Shown: positions 38,234 to 47,871 of the stretch, in pieces
How positions within the stretch are numbered: position 1 is the stretch's first letter
Layout of the letters: the number at the start of each line of letters is the position of its first letter
Sequence record: NC_135732.1
DNA from: a phage
Reading direction: 5' to 3' (one strand)
DNA length: 64,000 bases
Position numbers and translations under genes: made by a program
The notes under the pieces: model-generated
What the model was told of the DNA's origin: nothing
The model's input: only the letters and a program-made list of their open reading frames with translations
The model's database searches: none

Positions 38234-38309
38234 TTTTCTTGCACACAGGTGTTGACAACGCCAACCCTGTGTGAAATAATACCTTCATCTTAACAAGACA
38301 GGAGACCGA

Positions 38310-38570
38310 TTGATGAAGATTAAATTGAAAAACCTTGAAACGGCAGAGATTCAGGACGGTGTTGATTTCCGTTCTAAAGATGGTGACATCTTAGAGGTAA
38401 ATATTCCAACCTACGAGCTGATCAAAGGTTTTGGCAACGTCCCCGAGGAAGGTATCGCAGACGTTCTTCTAATGTTAATCGTTAGTGGGACAGTGTTCTT
38501 GGGTGAAGGTGAGAACGCTATTGCAATCCCAAGCCATTTTTATGAAGTAGTTGACGAAGAGGTGCTGTAA
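38310..38570 (+). CDS. small acidic protein, paralog family (ends YEVVDEEVL)
   Basis: Promoter-like TTGACA-17-AATAAT at 38252-38280 upstream. Confidence 0.5.
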   Translation: MMKIKLKNLETAEIQDGVDFRSKDGDILEVNIPTYELIKGFGNVPEEGIADVLLMLIVSGTVFLGEGENAIAIPSHFYEVVDEEVL

Positions 38571-38921
38571 ATGAAAGTAGAAATTACTGGTTTTGATGTG
38601 AATGTGGTTCCGGAAGATATTTTAGCTAAACTCCCGGAAGGTTTTGGTAACGGTGTTGTGGTGGATGCTGTTCCTCCTACCAAAGACATTCTGCTGCAGT
38701 ATGGTGTAGCAGAGGAAGATGTCGATAAAGTTCTTACAATGATGGCAATCGATCGTGTTGTCGTTGTTAAAGGTCTCGATAATTTTGAGAGTGATCCCCT
38801 GATTATTCGTGGAGATGACTATAAAATCATCGATAATGAAGGCCAAGAGTTCTATGAGCCTTGTGCAGAAGATATTCTTAGCTTATTACTGGAAGCAGGT
38901 ACCGAAGAGGAGGACGAATAA
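38571..38921 (+). CDS. small acidic protein (starts MKVEITGFDV)
   Basis: 116-aa ORF. Confidence 0.5.
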   Translation: MKVEITGFDVNVVPEDILAKLPEGFGNGVVVDAVPPTKDILLQYGVAEEDVDKVLTMMAIDRVVVVKGLDNFESDPLIIRGDDYKIIDNEGQEFYEPCAEDILSLLLEAGTEEEDE

Positions 38922-39250
38922 TGAAGATTGACCCGTTACTGAAGGCTCGTGCAGAAAAAGCGTACACCATTAAGCTGACCAACCTGGTTCCTACTTGTCA
39001 TCCAGATGTAGGTTGGCCTGAAGGTCTGGTAGAGGGGACTGTAACAGCTGCATACCTCCCTAACATCAAATACCTTATGGAAATCTTGGAGCTGGATGAG
39101 GAAACGGCAGAAGAGTTCCAGTTGGACATGAAACAAAGTGGGACTCTGGTTATTCACGGGTGGTATAATACTAAAGACGCAGAAGACCCTCTTGTAACTT
39201 CTAATCTGGCATATGAAATCTTAGGACCTTTGAACCTGGGGGAAGACTAA
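38921..39250 (+). CDS. small acidic protein
   Basis: 109-aa ORF. Confidence 0.5.
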   Translation: MKIDPLLKARAEKAYTIKLTNLVPTCHPDVGWPEGLVEGTVTAAYLPNIKYLMEILELDEETAEEFQLDMKQSGTLVIHGWYNTKDAEDPLVTSNLAYEILGPLNLGED

Positions 39251-39537
39251 TGAAAGATCTGGTTAAGATTAAGATTAAAGATACCAACGGCGAACTCAGC
39301 CATTTTGGAATTAATGATGGTGACGAGCTGATCGCACACCTGCCTACCAAGGAAGTTGTAAGCAAAGCAGTTGCCGGAGAAGAAGATGCAATGCAGGCTG
39401 CAGGTGTGGATGAAAACTATGTAGCCATGTGCATGTGCCGAGACCAGGTTGTTCTGTATAAAGCGTATCGACCAAACGGAGCCACGGAGTGGCTTGTATT
39501 CCGACCCGAAGGATATGAAATCTTAGAGGCACTATGA
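39250..39537 (+). CDS. small acidic protein
   Basis: 95-aa ORF. Confidence 0.5.
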   Translation: MKDLVKIKIKDTNGELSHFGINDGDELIAHLPTKEVVSKAVAGEEDAMQAAGVDENYVAMCMCRDQVVLYKAYRPNGATEWLVFRPEGYEILEAL

Positions 39538-39626
39538 TAAATCTTGCCAAGGTTGCAACGGTACTGTTAATTATTTGCTGGTCAGTAACCTTAACACTGT
39601 GTCTTGTATTTCAGTAAGGTGCTTAT

Positions 39627-39890
39627 ATGAACATCCTGATGTGGGTTGTAGCAGTGGCGTTTGTTGCATGTTTTTGCTGCTGGGTTGCGGTGAGGATTTC
39701 TGTAGCTACCCTTCGGAAGTTGGGGTTCTCAGAGTGGGATATTAATATCCTTTCTTTTCGCAATGAAACAATCTCAGCCGCCCTGCTCTGTAAGAAATTC
39801 AAGTGGGAACCTTGCGAGGTCATGAACTATCTAAGAACGGGAGATATCCCTGAAAGATTTAAAAAAGTTCTTGACGACAAGGATAAATGA
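39627..39890 (+). CDS. small membrane protein
   Basis: N-terminal TM helix WVVAVAFVACFCCWVAV. Confidence 0.45.
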   Translation: MNILMWVVAVAFVACFCCWVAVRISVATLRKLGFSEWDINILSFRNETISAALLCKKFKWEPCEVMNYLRTGDIPERFKKVLDDKDK

Positions 39891-40045
39891 TAGTATAGTG
39901 ACTAACAAGAGGTGAGGAATGACTGATTTTACTGAAGCTTTAATGATGGCCTTGTCTGTTTTAGCGCTATCGGTGTGTTTTGGGGCGTTATTCACATCTC
40001 TGGTTAAAGTTTTACATACAGTATTATTACCCAAGGAGCGCAGTA

Positions 40046-40297
40046 ATGACGAAGATTGACTTGAATGCTGGCGATCATGTTGTTGTCAAATGCATTGGAG
40101 ATTATCTTGGATTCACAATCGGCAATACTTACGAGGCGGTAGTGGCGAAGGTTTACTATGATAAAGTCCTCAGTCTTGTATTTGACTGCGATGATGATGG
40201 GGATGACCGATACGTCTGTGAGGTGCTGGCACGAGACGATAGTGAAGACCAGAAATTCCTGGTTATTGAACTGAACGGTATTTTTGTAGAACGTTAA
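40046..40297 (+). CDS. hypothetical acidic protein
   Basis: Start ATG 40046 after AAGGAG RBS. Confidence 0.45.
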   Translation: MTKIDLNAGDHVVVKCIGDYLGFTIGNTYEAVVAKVYYDKVLSLVFDCDDDGDDRYVCEVLARDDSEDQKFLVIELNGIFVER

Positions 40298-40325
40298 TTT
40301 AAAACAACATAAGGAGACTCTTACT

Positions 40326-40631
40326 ATGGCTAAATCTAAAGTTGAACTGTTCACCTCTCTTCCTTCTGACACTGCAGAGCGTGATCGCCTTCGCAAAACA
40401 ATCGAAGAACTGGTAGAACTCCAACTTCAGATTAAAGATCTGAAAGATGCCATTAAGGATATCATTCTCGTTGAGAAGCAGGATCACCTGTATTCTCCTA
40501 AATTCATCAAATCTCTGGTGGCTACCGAGTTCGATATTCGCTATGAGGCTGAAAAACGTCGCGCTAAAATCGAAGAAGAGGTTGAGCACATGTCTGAGGC
40601 AGACATTCTGTTCAAACGCTCTGTAGAATAA
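40326..40631 (+). CDS. hypothetical coiled-coil protein
   Basis: 101-aa ORF followed by a strong terminator. Confidence 0.5.
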   Translation: MAKSKVELFTSLPSDTAERDRLRKTIEELVELQLQIKDLKDAIKDIILVEKQDHLYSPKFIKSLVATEFDIRYEAEKRRAKIEEEVEHMSEADILFKRSVE

Positions 40632-40635
40632 TGAC

Positions 40636-40663
40636 AAAGAGGGGGGCTTGGGCCCCTCTTTTT
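40636..40663 (+). terminator. rho-independent terminator
   Basis: AGAGGGGGGC-ttg-GGCCCCTCT followed by TTTTTT. Confidence 0.7.
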
Positions 40664-40686
40664 TCTATCTATGAAGGAGATTTGAG

Positions 40687-41013
40687 ATGGGTATACCGAT
40701 TACTGTAAAAGAGCTAAATGAACGTGATGCAGGTGGTCTATGGCCTGCACGAAAAATCCGCTGCGTCTATATGAAAGAGAATCTTGAACATCTTGATCAA
40801 CAGATAAAGGTCGGCGATATTTTCGAGGTCTTCTATTCCAATCGTCGCAACTGGGAAACCATTCAACCTTCCGGTTTTGTTCTTGCTAAGCTCGACACTG
40901 GAGAAGTGATTATCCCAGGGTTGGATATTGTCTTCGAAATTATCCAGGAGTGGGATCCGGATAAGATTAGATACGAAGAGTTATTCGGTAAAGGTATTAT
41001 CAAACCTGTGTGA
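40687..41013 (+). CDS. hypothetical protein
   Basis: 108-aa ORF with GGAGA RBS. Confidence 0.5.
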   Translation: MGIPITVKELNERDAGGLWPARKIRCVYMKENLEHLDQQIKVGDIFEVFYSNRRNWETIQPSGFVLAKLDTGEVIIPGLDIVFEIIQEWDPDKIRYEELFGKGIIKPV

Positions 41014-41321
41014 GGTGGATTATGTCTACAAAGGCGGCTAAATACTCTTACATGCCATCAACCTCTGCAGAGGTAGACTTTAGTTTCGATGTGTTTCCAC
41101 TGTTTGAGGTGGTTCTGGCATACCCAACAATACTATCTACTCCTGAATCACTTGTGCCTGTTAAATTGCAGAACGCTATGCATTCTATGCACTACAACAA
41201 TAAATGTAGGCACAGATGGTGTCAGGACGAGGAAAAAGATTTAGATAGTTTGAGAGATTTTGACAGTCACCTTTTGACACCTTTCAGCTACTCCAACCTT
41301 GATAAGCCCTCATGGGTATAG
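41010..41321 (+). CDS. hypothetical protein
   Basis: 103-aa ORF. Confidence 0.45.
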   Translation: MRWIMSTKAAKYSYMPSTSAEVDFSFDVFPLFEVVLAYPTILSTPESLVPVKLQNAMHSMHYNNKCRHRWCQDEEKDLDSLRDFDSHLLTPFSYSNLDKPSWV

Positions 41322-41345
41322 CAAAATATCAAATTTAAGACACCT

Positions 41346-41372
41346 AGGACGCTCTGTGGCGTCCTTTTCTTT
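41346..41372 (+). terminator. rho-independent terminator
   Basis: AGGACGC-tctgt-GGCGTCCT followed by TTTCTTT. Confidence 0.6.
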
Positions 41373-41534
41373 ATCTGGTGCACGATTGCATACCTTGGAC
41401 AGATAATCTCATTACAGAGCGTTTAAGAGCTTCCTACAAACAAATCTCTCTTTCGAGCGTAGCGAGAACGCACGTCCGTTTTGACCCAAATCACCATACG
41501 CTCGGATTTTAACCAAACCCTCGCGGCGTTTCTG

Positions 41535-41563
41535 TTGACACATTACCGCTCTCGTGATAGTAT
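41535..41563 (+). promoter_or_regulatory. sigma70-like promoter
   Basis: TTGACA, 17-bp spacer, TAGTAT. Confidence 0.55.
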
Positions 41564-41583
41564 CCACACATCGTTTGGAGAAT

Positions 41584-41685
41584 ATGGAATACACAATGAG
41601 AACATTGTCTGAAGTTTTAGTGGTGATCCTGATGATCATTACATCCATAGCGGCTGTTGCCGGAATACTCACAGGTGGAACATGA
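41584..41685 (+). CDS. small hydrophobic protein, 33 aa
   Basis: Not in ORF track. GGAGAA RBS; ATGA overlap with the next ORF. Confidence 0.35.
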   Translation: MEYTMRTLSEVLVVILMIITSIAAVAGILTGGT

Positions 41686-41897
41686 TCAACACACATGCAT
41701 CTGAAGAGACATCCGAAGGAGTGACGACCATATGTAACCTGGCTGAGCCAGTGAAAGAGGAAAACTTCGATTCTGAAGATTCTCCATCTTCGCTCCAGGT
41801 AGACCCTGAGGCTGATGACCTGACGTGGGAGGACATCGTAGACATCTGGTTCTCTATTATGCCTGAGCACGAAGAGTTCAGAGGTGGTAGACTATGA
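41682..41897 (+). CDS. hypothetical acidic protein
   Basis: 71-aa ORF. Confidence 0.4.
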   Translation: MINTHASEETSEGVTTICNLAEPVKEENFDSEDSPSSLQVDPEADDLTWEDIVDIWFSIMPEHEEFRGGRL

Positions 41898-42017
41898 AGC
41901 ACCGAGCCCACACAGGTTCCTCATGCTAAAGCATGACCTGAAGAGGCAAACGTGCATAATTCCTGTGCATTGAAACGTATAAACCCTGTTCACACTCTCA
42001 TTCACAGAGGAGATTTC

Positions 42018-42233
42018 ATGAAGATAGAAATATTTGGTGGGGCTGACAACACTCGTGGCCTGATTTACCTTGAATTCGATGAATCATACCTGCCAGAGGT
42101 GTTAAATATAGACTCTGTTGCTGAGGCTTTGGGAGTAAACCCTAAAGAACTCCACTCTTGTGCTGAGATCGATGGTTGGGAAGAGACCATGAACATTGAT
42201 TTCAGTGAAGTAGAGGATGAACCGCTGGACTGA
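42018..42233 (+). CDS. small acidic protein (starts MKIEIFGG)
   Basis: Start ATG 42018 after GAGGAGA RBS. Confidence 0.45.
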   Translation: MKIEIFGGADNTRGLIYLEFDESYLPEVLNIDSVAEALGVNPKELHSCAEIDGWEETMNIDFSEVEDEPLD

Positions 42234-43699
42234 CACACAATTAGCTGCCCGGCTAAAGTGCTGGAAGCGCACCTATAACACATATTTCAACTAAATTTCC
42301 CACCACCACAATCACTTACCTACCACACGTGACTGTTTGCTTGTTTAGTGAGCAGTCATGCCTTGACATTCTTGCCTATCCTGATAAAATTAAGTTCTTC
42401 TCTTTTCTTTTACCGAGTAATTCGGGTTTTCTGTTCTCTTCGGTTTGAAGGGGTATGGAGATACACCTGAGTGAACAGGGTGAACAACCGAACCATTAGC
42501 TATGGCATTAGCATGGCGAAGCGGACGGGTGACGAAAGAGGGGCCGGAGGACACCAGTCACTGCCATATGATATATGGGTGATAACCTGAAGAGTCTGAA
42601 TAAGTGTTTAAGTACCAGTCAGAGGAAAAGGTGAATGGTAGCCGAAGGGGGAGGGGGGGTTTCTTGTATCTTTAATTTGTATATTATGTATACACTTGTA
42701 AACCAATTTCATATGAATCTGTTTACCACACAAAGTGGATTGAGACAAATATTACCTATTAAACTTGAATTATTTATAGAAAATACCACAACACACCTTA
42801 AGTCTTTGATTTTACACATAAATCTTACAGATATTCAACCTCCATATTTAACATACTTGTAACATATCCTATACCACACCTGCCTGATCAATTCCCCCAA
42901 CTACATCCTCTATATTTTCCCTGTCTGTACTACCCCATCCCCGCCGGGAGTCCCGTCATATCTGGCTTTCCAGCAAATATCACACCCACAAATATCATTG
43001 CCTGAAGAGGGTTTCATCCTCTAATACCTGCCTTACCTGAAGAGCGCTTCATACACCACGTAAATTTTTTAATTGACCTGCAATTTTCCCGTCATGACCC
43101 CCTGCCCCGCCGGAGAGGTTGGCTTTTCCCACACAGACCTGAAGAGTCAGCCAGAAATATCTGAACAGGCCCAATTCTACCACGATTTTGACCTGACCTA
43201 CAGGAGTGCTGCCAGGCGGACGAAATGGGAATACTTCTCATTCTTATAATAATTCTCAAATATCGAGGCAGTGAAGCAAATTAATAGGTGAGGCCGTTCA
43301 CATAGTGGCACAACATTTGCAATCTATTTTGTGTGGGGGAATGAGAATACCTATCATTGTGAGAACTGTTATCATTACGGGCAATTTAACATAATACCCA
43401 TTATGCGCACCACTGGCGATACATACAGGGATTGATAACATGAGTTACTGTTTACGCATATAACAATTATATTTATTACTATTTGTGTGGGATATAGTTA
43501 GCAGCCGATAGATTAGATATTGACCTGCGGACTTCTGACCGTCTAGACGTCTAAACGCCCACACAGCAAGAGTTATACATACATCGCTGAATGTAAACAG
43601 GGCCGCAAAAATGCTACCATACCAGTTTGTAAATTTTTCATGCAGCACTTGACAAAGAGGAGAAAAACTTGTCTGACATAATGTGACCTAACTGACACA

Positions 43700-43800
43700 A
43701 CATGACACTTTTACACACCTATTAGTTTACACACTGGATTGTTTACATTCCTGATTGTTCACATGCTAACCATTTACATGATTGACTGTTTACACACCGA
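43700..43800. repeat. Cluster of short direct repeats (iteron-like): TGTTTACA(C) and CATGACA
   Basis: Six or more copies of GTTTACA/TTTACAC within ~100 bp; further copies at ~44216 and ~44259. Confidence 0.7.
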
Positions 43801-43807
43801 TAATCAG

Positions 43808-44060
43808 CCATGCCATTCGTTTGCATGACAATAATTATACATGACAATAATCGCACTGATTATAATTAGCATGACATAATATAAAAGCAGGGCAACTATT
43901 AGCAGATCTATAGTTGCCTTGCTTGTTATGTCATGATTAACTAAATACAAGGCAACTATGATCTGATTAATAGTTTGCAGACAAACTATCACGGGGGTGA
44001 TGGTTACTGCTTTTATATTATGTCGCGACTCCGTCGCGCCATGCCATTCGTTTGCATAGT
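43808..44060. repeat. Composite element: 20-bp direct repeats flanking a 16-bp perfect inverted repeat and nested palindromes
   Basis: GCCATGCCATTCGTTTGCAT at 43808 and 44040; CATAATATAAAAGCAG (43875-43890) with its exact reverse complement at 44007-44022; palindrome GGCAACTAT...ATAGTTGCC at ~43891-43919. Confidence 0.75.
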
Positions 44061-44659
44061 TGCCTTATTGTTACAGATAAAATAATTGTATTGTTAATTA
44101 TTTCTTATCTTTCTATTAGTCATCTAATGATTTCAGTTAATATAGTAACGTACAGTAAACATTAGACGACTAAAGATTTCTCTGCTTATGGTAACCTAAC
44201 GTGACAATTCCAGACTGTTTACGAAAAATGTTGACACCTGGGCCGATTTATGTTATGCAGTTTACACGAATAATTATTTTATGCAGGTATTGACTATTCC
44301 GTTATTCTACGGTTGGAATAAATGCTTAGCAGGCTATAGAATGGCGAGCGTACGTAAATTCTGAGATCTGGCGGCTATAGTTATACTCGATTTTTCACGT
44401 AGAAAACGCTTTTGTAGTTATGTAAGTGTATGACTTATAAGAATTTTTAGTTGTTGACAAGCTATTGAAGATATGCATCAGGTTAAATTTTGTGCAAATG
44501 CTGCATTACGTGCAATTTTGGAAGGAAAAACGTGTAAAAATGGCCCTGCTACCACACAATGAAAAATTATGCAATAGTTATTTTATATGTATGTTTGTAC
44601 AGTGGGGTTAATTGCTGGCTTGTTGATTATTCCATTTGCCAGGCGGGGCCATTTGTGGT

Positions 44660-44700
44660 AGGAAAAGAGGAGACAAAAAGAAAGGGGCTTTAAGCCCCTG
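44660..44700 (-). terminator. terminator for the minus-strand block
   Basis: AGGGGCT-ttaa-AGCCCCT with a T-rich run on the minus strand. Confidence 0.55.
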
Positions 44701-44718
44701 ACCGTGCACCTTGTTGTA

Positions 44719-44931
44719 TTATTTGTTGCTCATCCAGTTTTCCCAAGCTGCCTGATAATCTGCCTCACTACGGCGGATCTCTTCTTGCTCTTCAAGGCGG
44801 ATCTCTTCTTCCAGGTACCCCAAGATGTCAGCCTTTTTGGTCTGGCGTAACATCCAATCATCTTTTTTTACGAGTGAAGATCTTATAAGCTTTCTCGCAA
44901 ACCTCTTTTTTGCTACCTTTCTGGACTTCAA
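44719..44931 (-). CDS. hypothetical protein
   Basis: 70-aa ORF. Confidence 0.4.
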   Translation of the reverse strand: MKSRKVAKKRFARKLIRSSLVKKDDWMLRQTKKADILGYLEEEIRLEEQEEIRRSEADYQAAWENWMSNK

Positions 44932-45060
44932 GAATTCTGTAGGCCATGTACTGAACTAATTTAAGCTGATCCAGACGTTTCATGATGTTTCCTCTTTATG
45001 TGGTTCGTTTTGATTAGTTGATAATACAGCAGTTCGCAGATCAGTCTTTAGCAATTCATG

Positions 45061-45279
45061 CTATTTACTCACAACGGTGTCGAAAACAAATTTTTCTTTA
45101 TTGTCTAAACTCACGTATCCGATTCGACCACGCAAGCCGCAAGTAGTGCCGTACTCGTAACCATTAAGGCCTTTAACCTTCCAATCCGTACCCATTAAAA
45201 CCGCATTATATTCCTGACCAACTACAAAAGCGCCCCCAGTCGATTCAATGCAAACAACTTTAATTTTACGGGTTGTCAT
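45061..45279 (-). CDS. hypothetical protein
   Basis: 72-aa ORF. Confidence 0.45.
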   Translation of the reverse strand: MTTRKIKVVCIESTGGAFVVGQEYNAVLMGTDWKVKGLNGYEYGTTCGLRGRIGYVSLDNKEKFVFDTVVSK

Positions 45280-45339
45280 TTTCTTTCTCTCTTTGTGTGG
45301 TTCTGATTAGTGGGCCTTTTGGCCCGTGTCATTATCTTA

Positions 45340-45612
45340 TTACTTACGGCGGCAGAATTCAAGCGTTTTTAATTGATAATCTTCCTCAGCCTGGAGTACA
45401 ACCGCCTCGATCATTTCGTTGGCATTGTTGAAGCCATACCCTTTAGCGAACTCATCCGCACCACCTTCGTGATCATGTTCTGCGTTCATCGCTTCCACGA
45501 AATGGAATTCAAGATTATTGAGATAAGGGCTTGATGTTCCGTCCTCTTTTTCGATGAGATCCCAAATAGCATTAAAACGTGATTCGACTTCTTGATTAAT
45601 CCAGCTTGACAT
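45340..45612 (-). CDS. hypothetical protein
   Basis: 90-aa ORF. Confidence 0.45.
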   Translation of the reverse strand: MSSWINQEVESRFNAIWDLIEKEDGTSSPYLNNLEFHFVEAMNAEHDHEGGADEFAKGYGFNNANEMIEAVVLQAEEDYQLKTLEFCRRK

Positions 45613-45865
45613 AATGTTTTCCTCTCTTCTGGTTGTTGTGTGGGCACTTTTGCCCCTTCAAGATAAATGTTACCCCACCCCATGGCAGATGTCAACGGTT
45701 TTTATAGTTCTTATATGACAGGCAGGCCCGGTGATTTGCGATCATAGTGATTCCTCCAGATCTTCCCGAACCTTTTCGGTTTATTCAGTTTATTGTTACG
45801 CTGGCGGCGTTCTGGCAGCTCTTCGGAATCGTGGGGGCGCTTTACAATTTTTTCGAAATTAATTT

Positions 45866-46213
45866 TCATAAATTTCCCCCTTTACTAATTTCAATATTTG
45901 CCTGAATCGCCCGGATACGACGTTTTATGACCTCCTGATCCTTGCAATCATATCCCCAAAAGTCTACGATCTTTGCGCCTCCGGCCTTTAGGCGGTATAG
46001 TGTTTCCTGCATCTTGTAAGCTGGGATCGGTCGCGGTGTTACCTGGTCGCCTCTCTCATCTTTGTACTTGATTATGTAGTCTTCGTTGTCGTTGAATACC
46101 CAAAATGGGTATTCTGTGAGCGCGTTGCTATCTTTTTCGTTTTTAGATTGGATCTTGTTTACAATTAAAGCCGTAGCAATAGCGCCAATAATAAAACTTG
46201 CCCCGCTGATCAT
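45866..46213 (-). CDS. hypothetical membrane-anchored protein
   Basis: N-terminal TM helix ISGASFIIGAIATALIV. Confidence 0.45.
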   Translation of the reverse strand: MISGASFIIGAIATALIVNKIQSKNEKDSNALTEYPFWVFNDNEDYIIKYKDERGDQVTPRPIPAYKMQETLYRLKAGGAKIVDFWGYDCKDQEVIKRRIRAIQANIEISKGGNL

Positions 46214-46287
46214 GTACTTTCTCCTTTCATGGTGTTAATAAATTATCTTTATAGATGGCCCTGCAACCAGGACCACCGAAAAAATAA

Positions 46288-46533
46288 CTATTTCACAATG
46301 CCTACAAAACAGATCCCGCCTTCACCTATATAAGCAATATCGGTCACTTTATAACTTGTCAAGATCTGCTTATTTAGTTCATTAATAAAATCGGTCATTG
46401 CGTTGGTGTAGTTGTCTTCCGTGTCTAAGGCATAATCCCAAGTGTACACCTTTTTACGTCCGAAGCCTTTTACCATGATACGGGCGCTTTTGGTGTTGGT
46501 AGGGGCATAATATTTGGTGATTAGTGCTGCCAT
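46288..46533 (-). CDS. hypothetical protein
   Basis: 81-aa ORF. Confidence 0.45.
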   Translation of the reverse strand: MAALITKYYAPTNTKSARIMVKGFGRKKVYTWDYALDTEDNYTNAMTDFINELNKQILTSYKVTDIAYIGEGGICFVGIVK

Positions 46534-46622
46534 GGTTTTAACTCCTATGCATTAGTTCAGTGTTAACAGTATAAAGTTTACTTTATTGATGGCCCTGGTG
46601 TCAAGGCCATCTAAAAATAAGC

Positions 46623-46964
46623 TTACTCGTTTTCTTCCAGCTCCGCAAGCTCTTCTTTTGCTTCTTCTAACTCTGTCTGTAATTCCTGGTATTCTTCATC
46701 GTCCTCAATATCCAGGCTGTCGATGTAGTCGCTAAATCCGCAGCGGTAAGCGATAGGATCTAGCTCCTTGAGGATACGCGACGGAAGAAAAGAAATGTTT
46801 CCGATCATAATTTCGCCGTAGATCTCGTCTAACCATTCATCATAGTTTTCGTCGTACTTGTCCTCGTCGATTTCAAAGTTATCGATCTTATTCTCAAGGT
46901 CTGCGATCTGTTTTTTCAGTTCAGCGATCTGCATAGCTTTTTCTGAGGCGGTCATAGTAGTCAT
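46623..46964 (-). CDS. hypothetical acidic coiled-coil protein
   Basis: 113-aa ORF. Confidence 0.5.
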   Translation of the reverse strand: MTTMTASEKAMQIAELKKQIADLENKIDNFEIDEDKYDENYDEWLDEIYGEIMIGNISFLPSRILKELDPIAYRCGFSDYIDSLDIEDDEEYQELQTELEEAKEELAELEENE

Positions 46965-47043
46965 GGTGTTTTTCTCCTTTTGTGTGTTCTGGGAAGTTTT
47001 CCCGTTTATGTGCTTATTATATCGATTTAAGTTAGCTTGTCAA

Positions 47044-47226
47044 TTAAAAGTTTAAGAAAAATTTTGCGACACCGTTGGCGCTACCCATCAACATTTGCGC
47101 CAGGATGTACCCAATGATGCAAACGATGATGGTTACCTTTGTGTGCTGGCGGGAAACATTCCCGCCTTTTGTGTCTAGTTTACTTAAATTTTGCAGCGTG
47201 TCAATGATTTTTATTCGTGGGCGCAT
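47044..47226 (-). CDS. small membrane protein
   Basis: 60-aa ORF with a hydrophobic helix. Confidence 0.35.
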   Translation of the reverse strand: MRPRIKIIDTLQNLSKLDTKGGNVSRQHTKVTIIVCIIGYILAQMLMGSANGVAKFFLNF

Positions 47227-47609
47227 GTTACAATGTGCTTTTTATAGCCCAGGTGGTCAGCAAGTGCCGACAAAAACTCTTCTTCGTAGATCCAGCCGTC
47301 GGCAGTGATCCCCATAGCATTTAATGCGCTCTCAAGTGCTGCGTTAGCTTTATCATAACCGTGACCGCTCGCCTTGCCGCCAGTATAGCCGTACTTATTG
47401 TTCTTGTTGTCGTGAATCCAAAACACGCAGTAGTGAGTGTTCCCGCTGGCGGCGGCATAATACCGGATCTCAGCTACTTCGTGCAAATTATTGTCATCGT
47501 CCAGGCCCACCAGATTATAAGCCTTGTAAAATCCACGATCACGGCGGCAGTTCTTGACATCAGAAAAAGAAAAGTCCGCATTATCAAAATTAAAGGTAGT
47601 GGTTTTCAT
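47211..47609 (-). CDS. hypothetical protein
   Basis: 132-aa ORF; no recognisable family. Confidence 0.5.
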   Translation of the reverse strand: MKTTTFNFDNADFSFSDVKNCRRDRGFYKAYNLVGLDDDNNLHEVAEIRYYAAASGNTHYCVFWIHDNKNNKYGYTGGKASGHGYDKANAALESALNAMGITADGWIYEEEFLSALADHLGYKKHIVTCAHE

Positions 47610-47673
47610 GATTTTATCCTCTTAGTGTCTTTTGTGCTTTTAGTGTATTTGGTGTCGGACTATATGTCAATAC

Positions 47674-47871
47674 TTATTTTTTATTAAACCAGTGGTTGAT
47701 CTGTCCTTTTGTCAGGGCGCAACGATTAAGCTGTTGCCGGGTATAGCTCTGACCGCGACGGAATTTATAAAGGCCTTGCCCGTTGTTGATGGTTACGTCC
47801 ACCTGGCAAACCATTTGATCGGTGACCACCTGGCGAGTGTTGCGACGTACTTTGATCCCGTATGCGTTCAT
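47674..47871 (-). CDS. hypothetical basic protein
   Basis: Track ORF trimmed to ATG 47871 after AAGAGGA RBS. Confidence 0.4.
   Translation of the reverse strand: MNAYGIKVRRNTRQVVTDQMVCQVDVTINNGQGLYKFRRGQSYTRQQLNRCALTKGQINHWFNKK

Noticed and set aside
41412-41870. Minus-strand 152-aa ORF
   Set aside because: Antisense to two plus-strand ORFs that have a promoter, RBS and start/stop coupling; Arg/Cys-rich junk-like translation.
42635-43992. Three ORFs of 62-75 aa inside the 2.5-kb repeat-rich region (42635-42862, 43445-43648, 43804-43992)
   Set aside because: No RBS, low-complexity translations, and they run across the repeats; the region is more likely non-coding.
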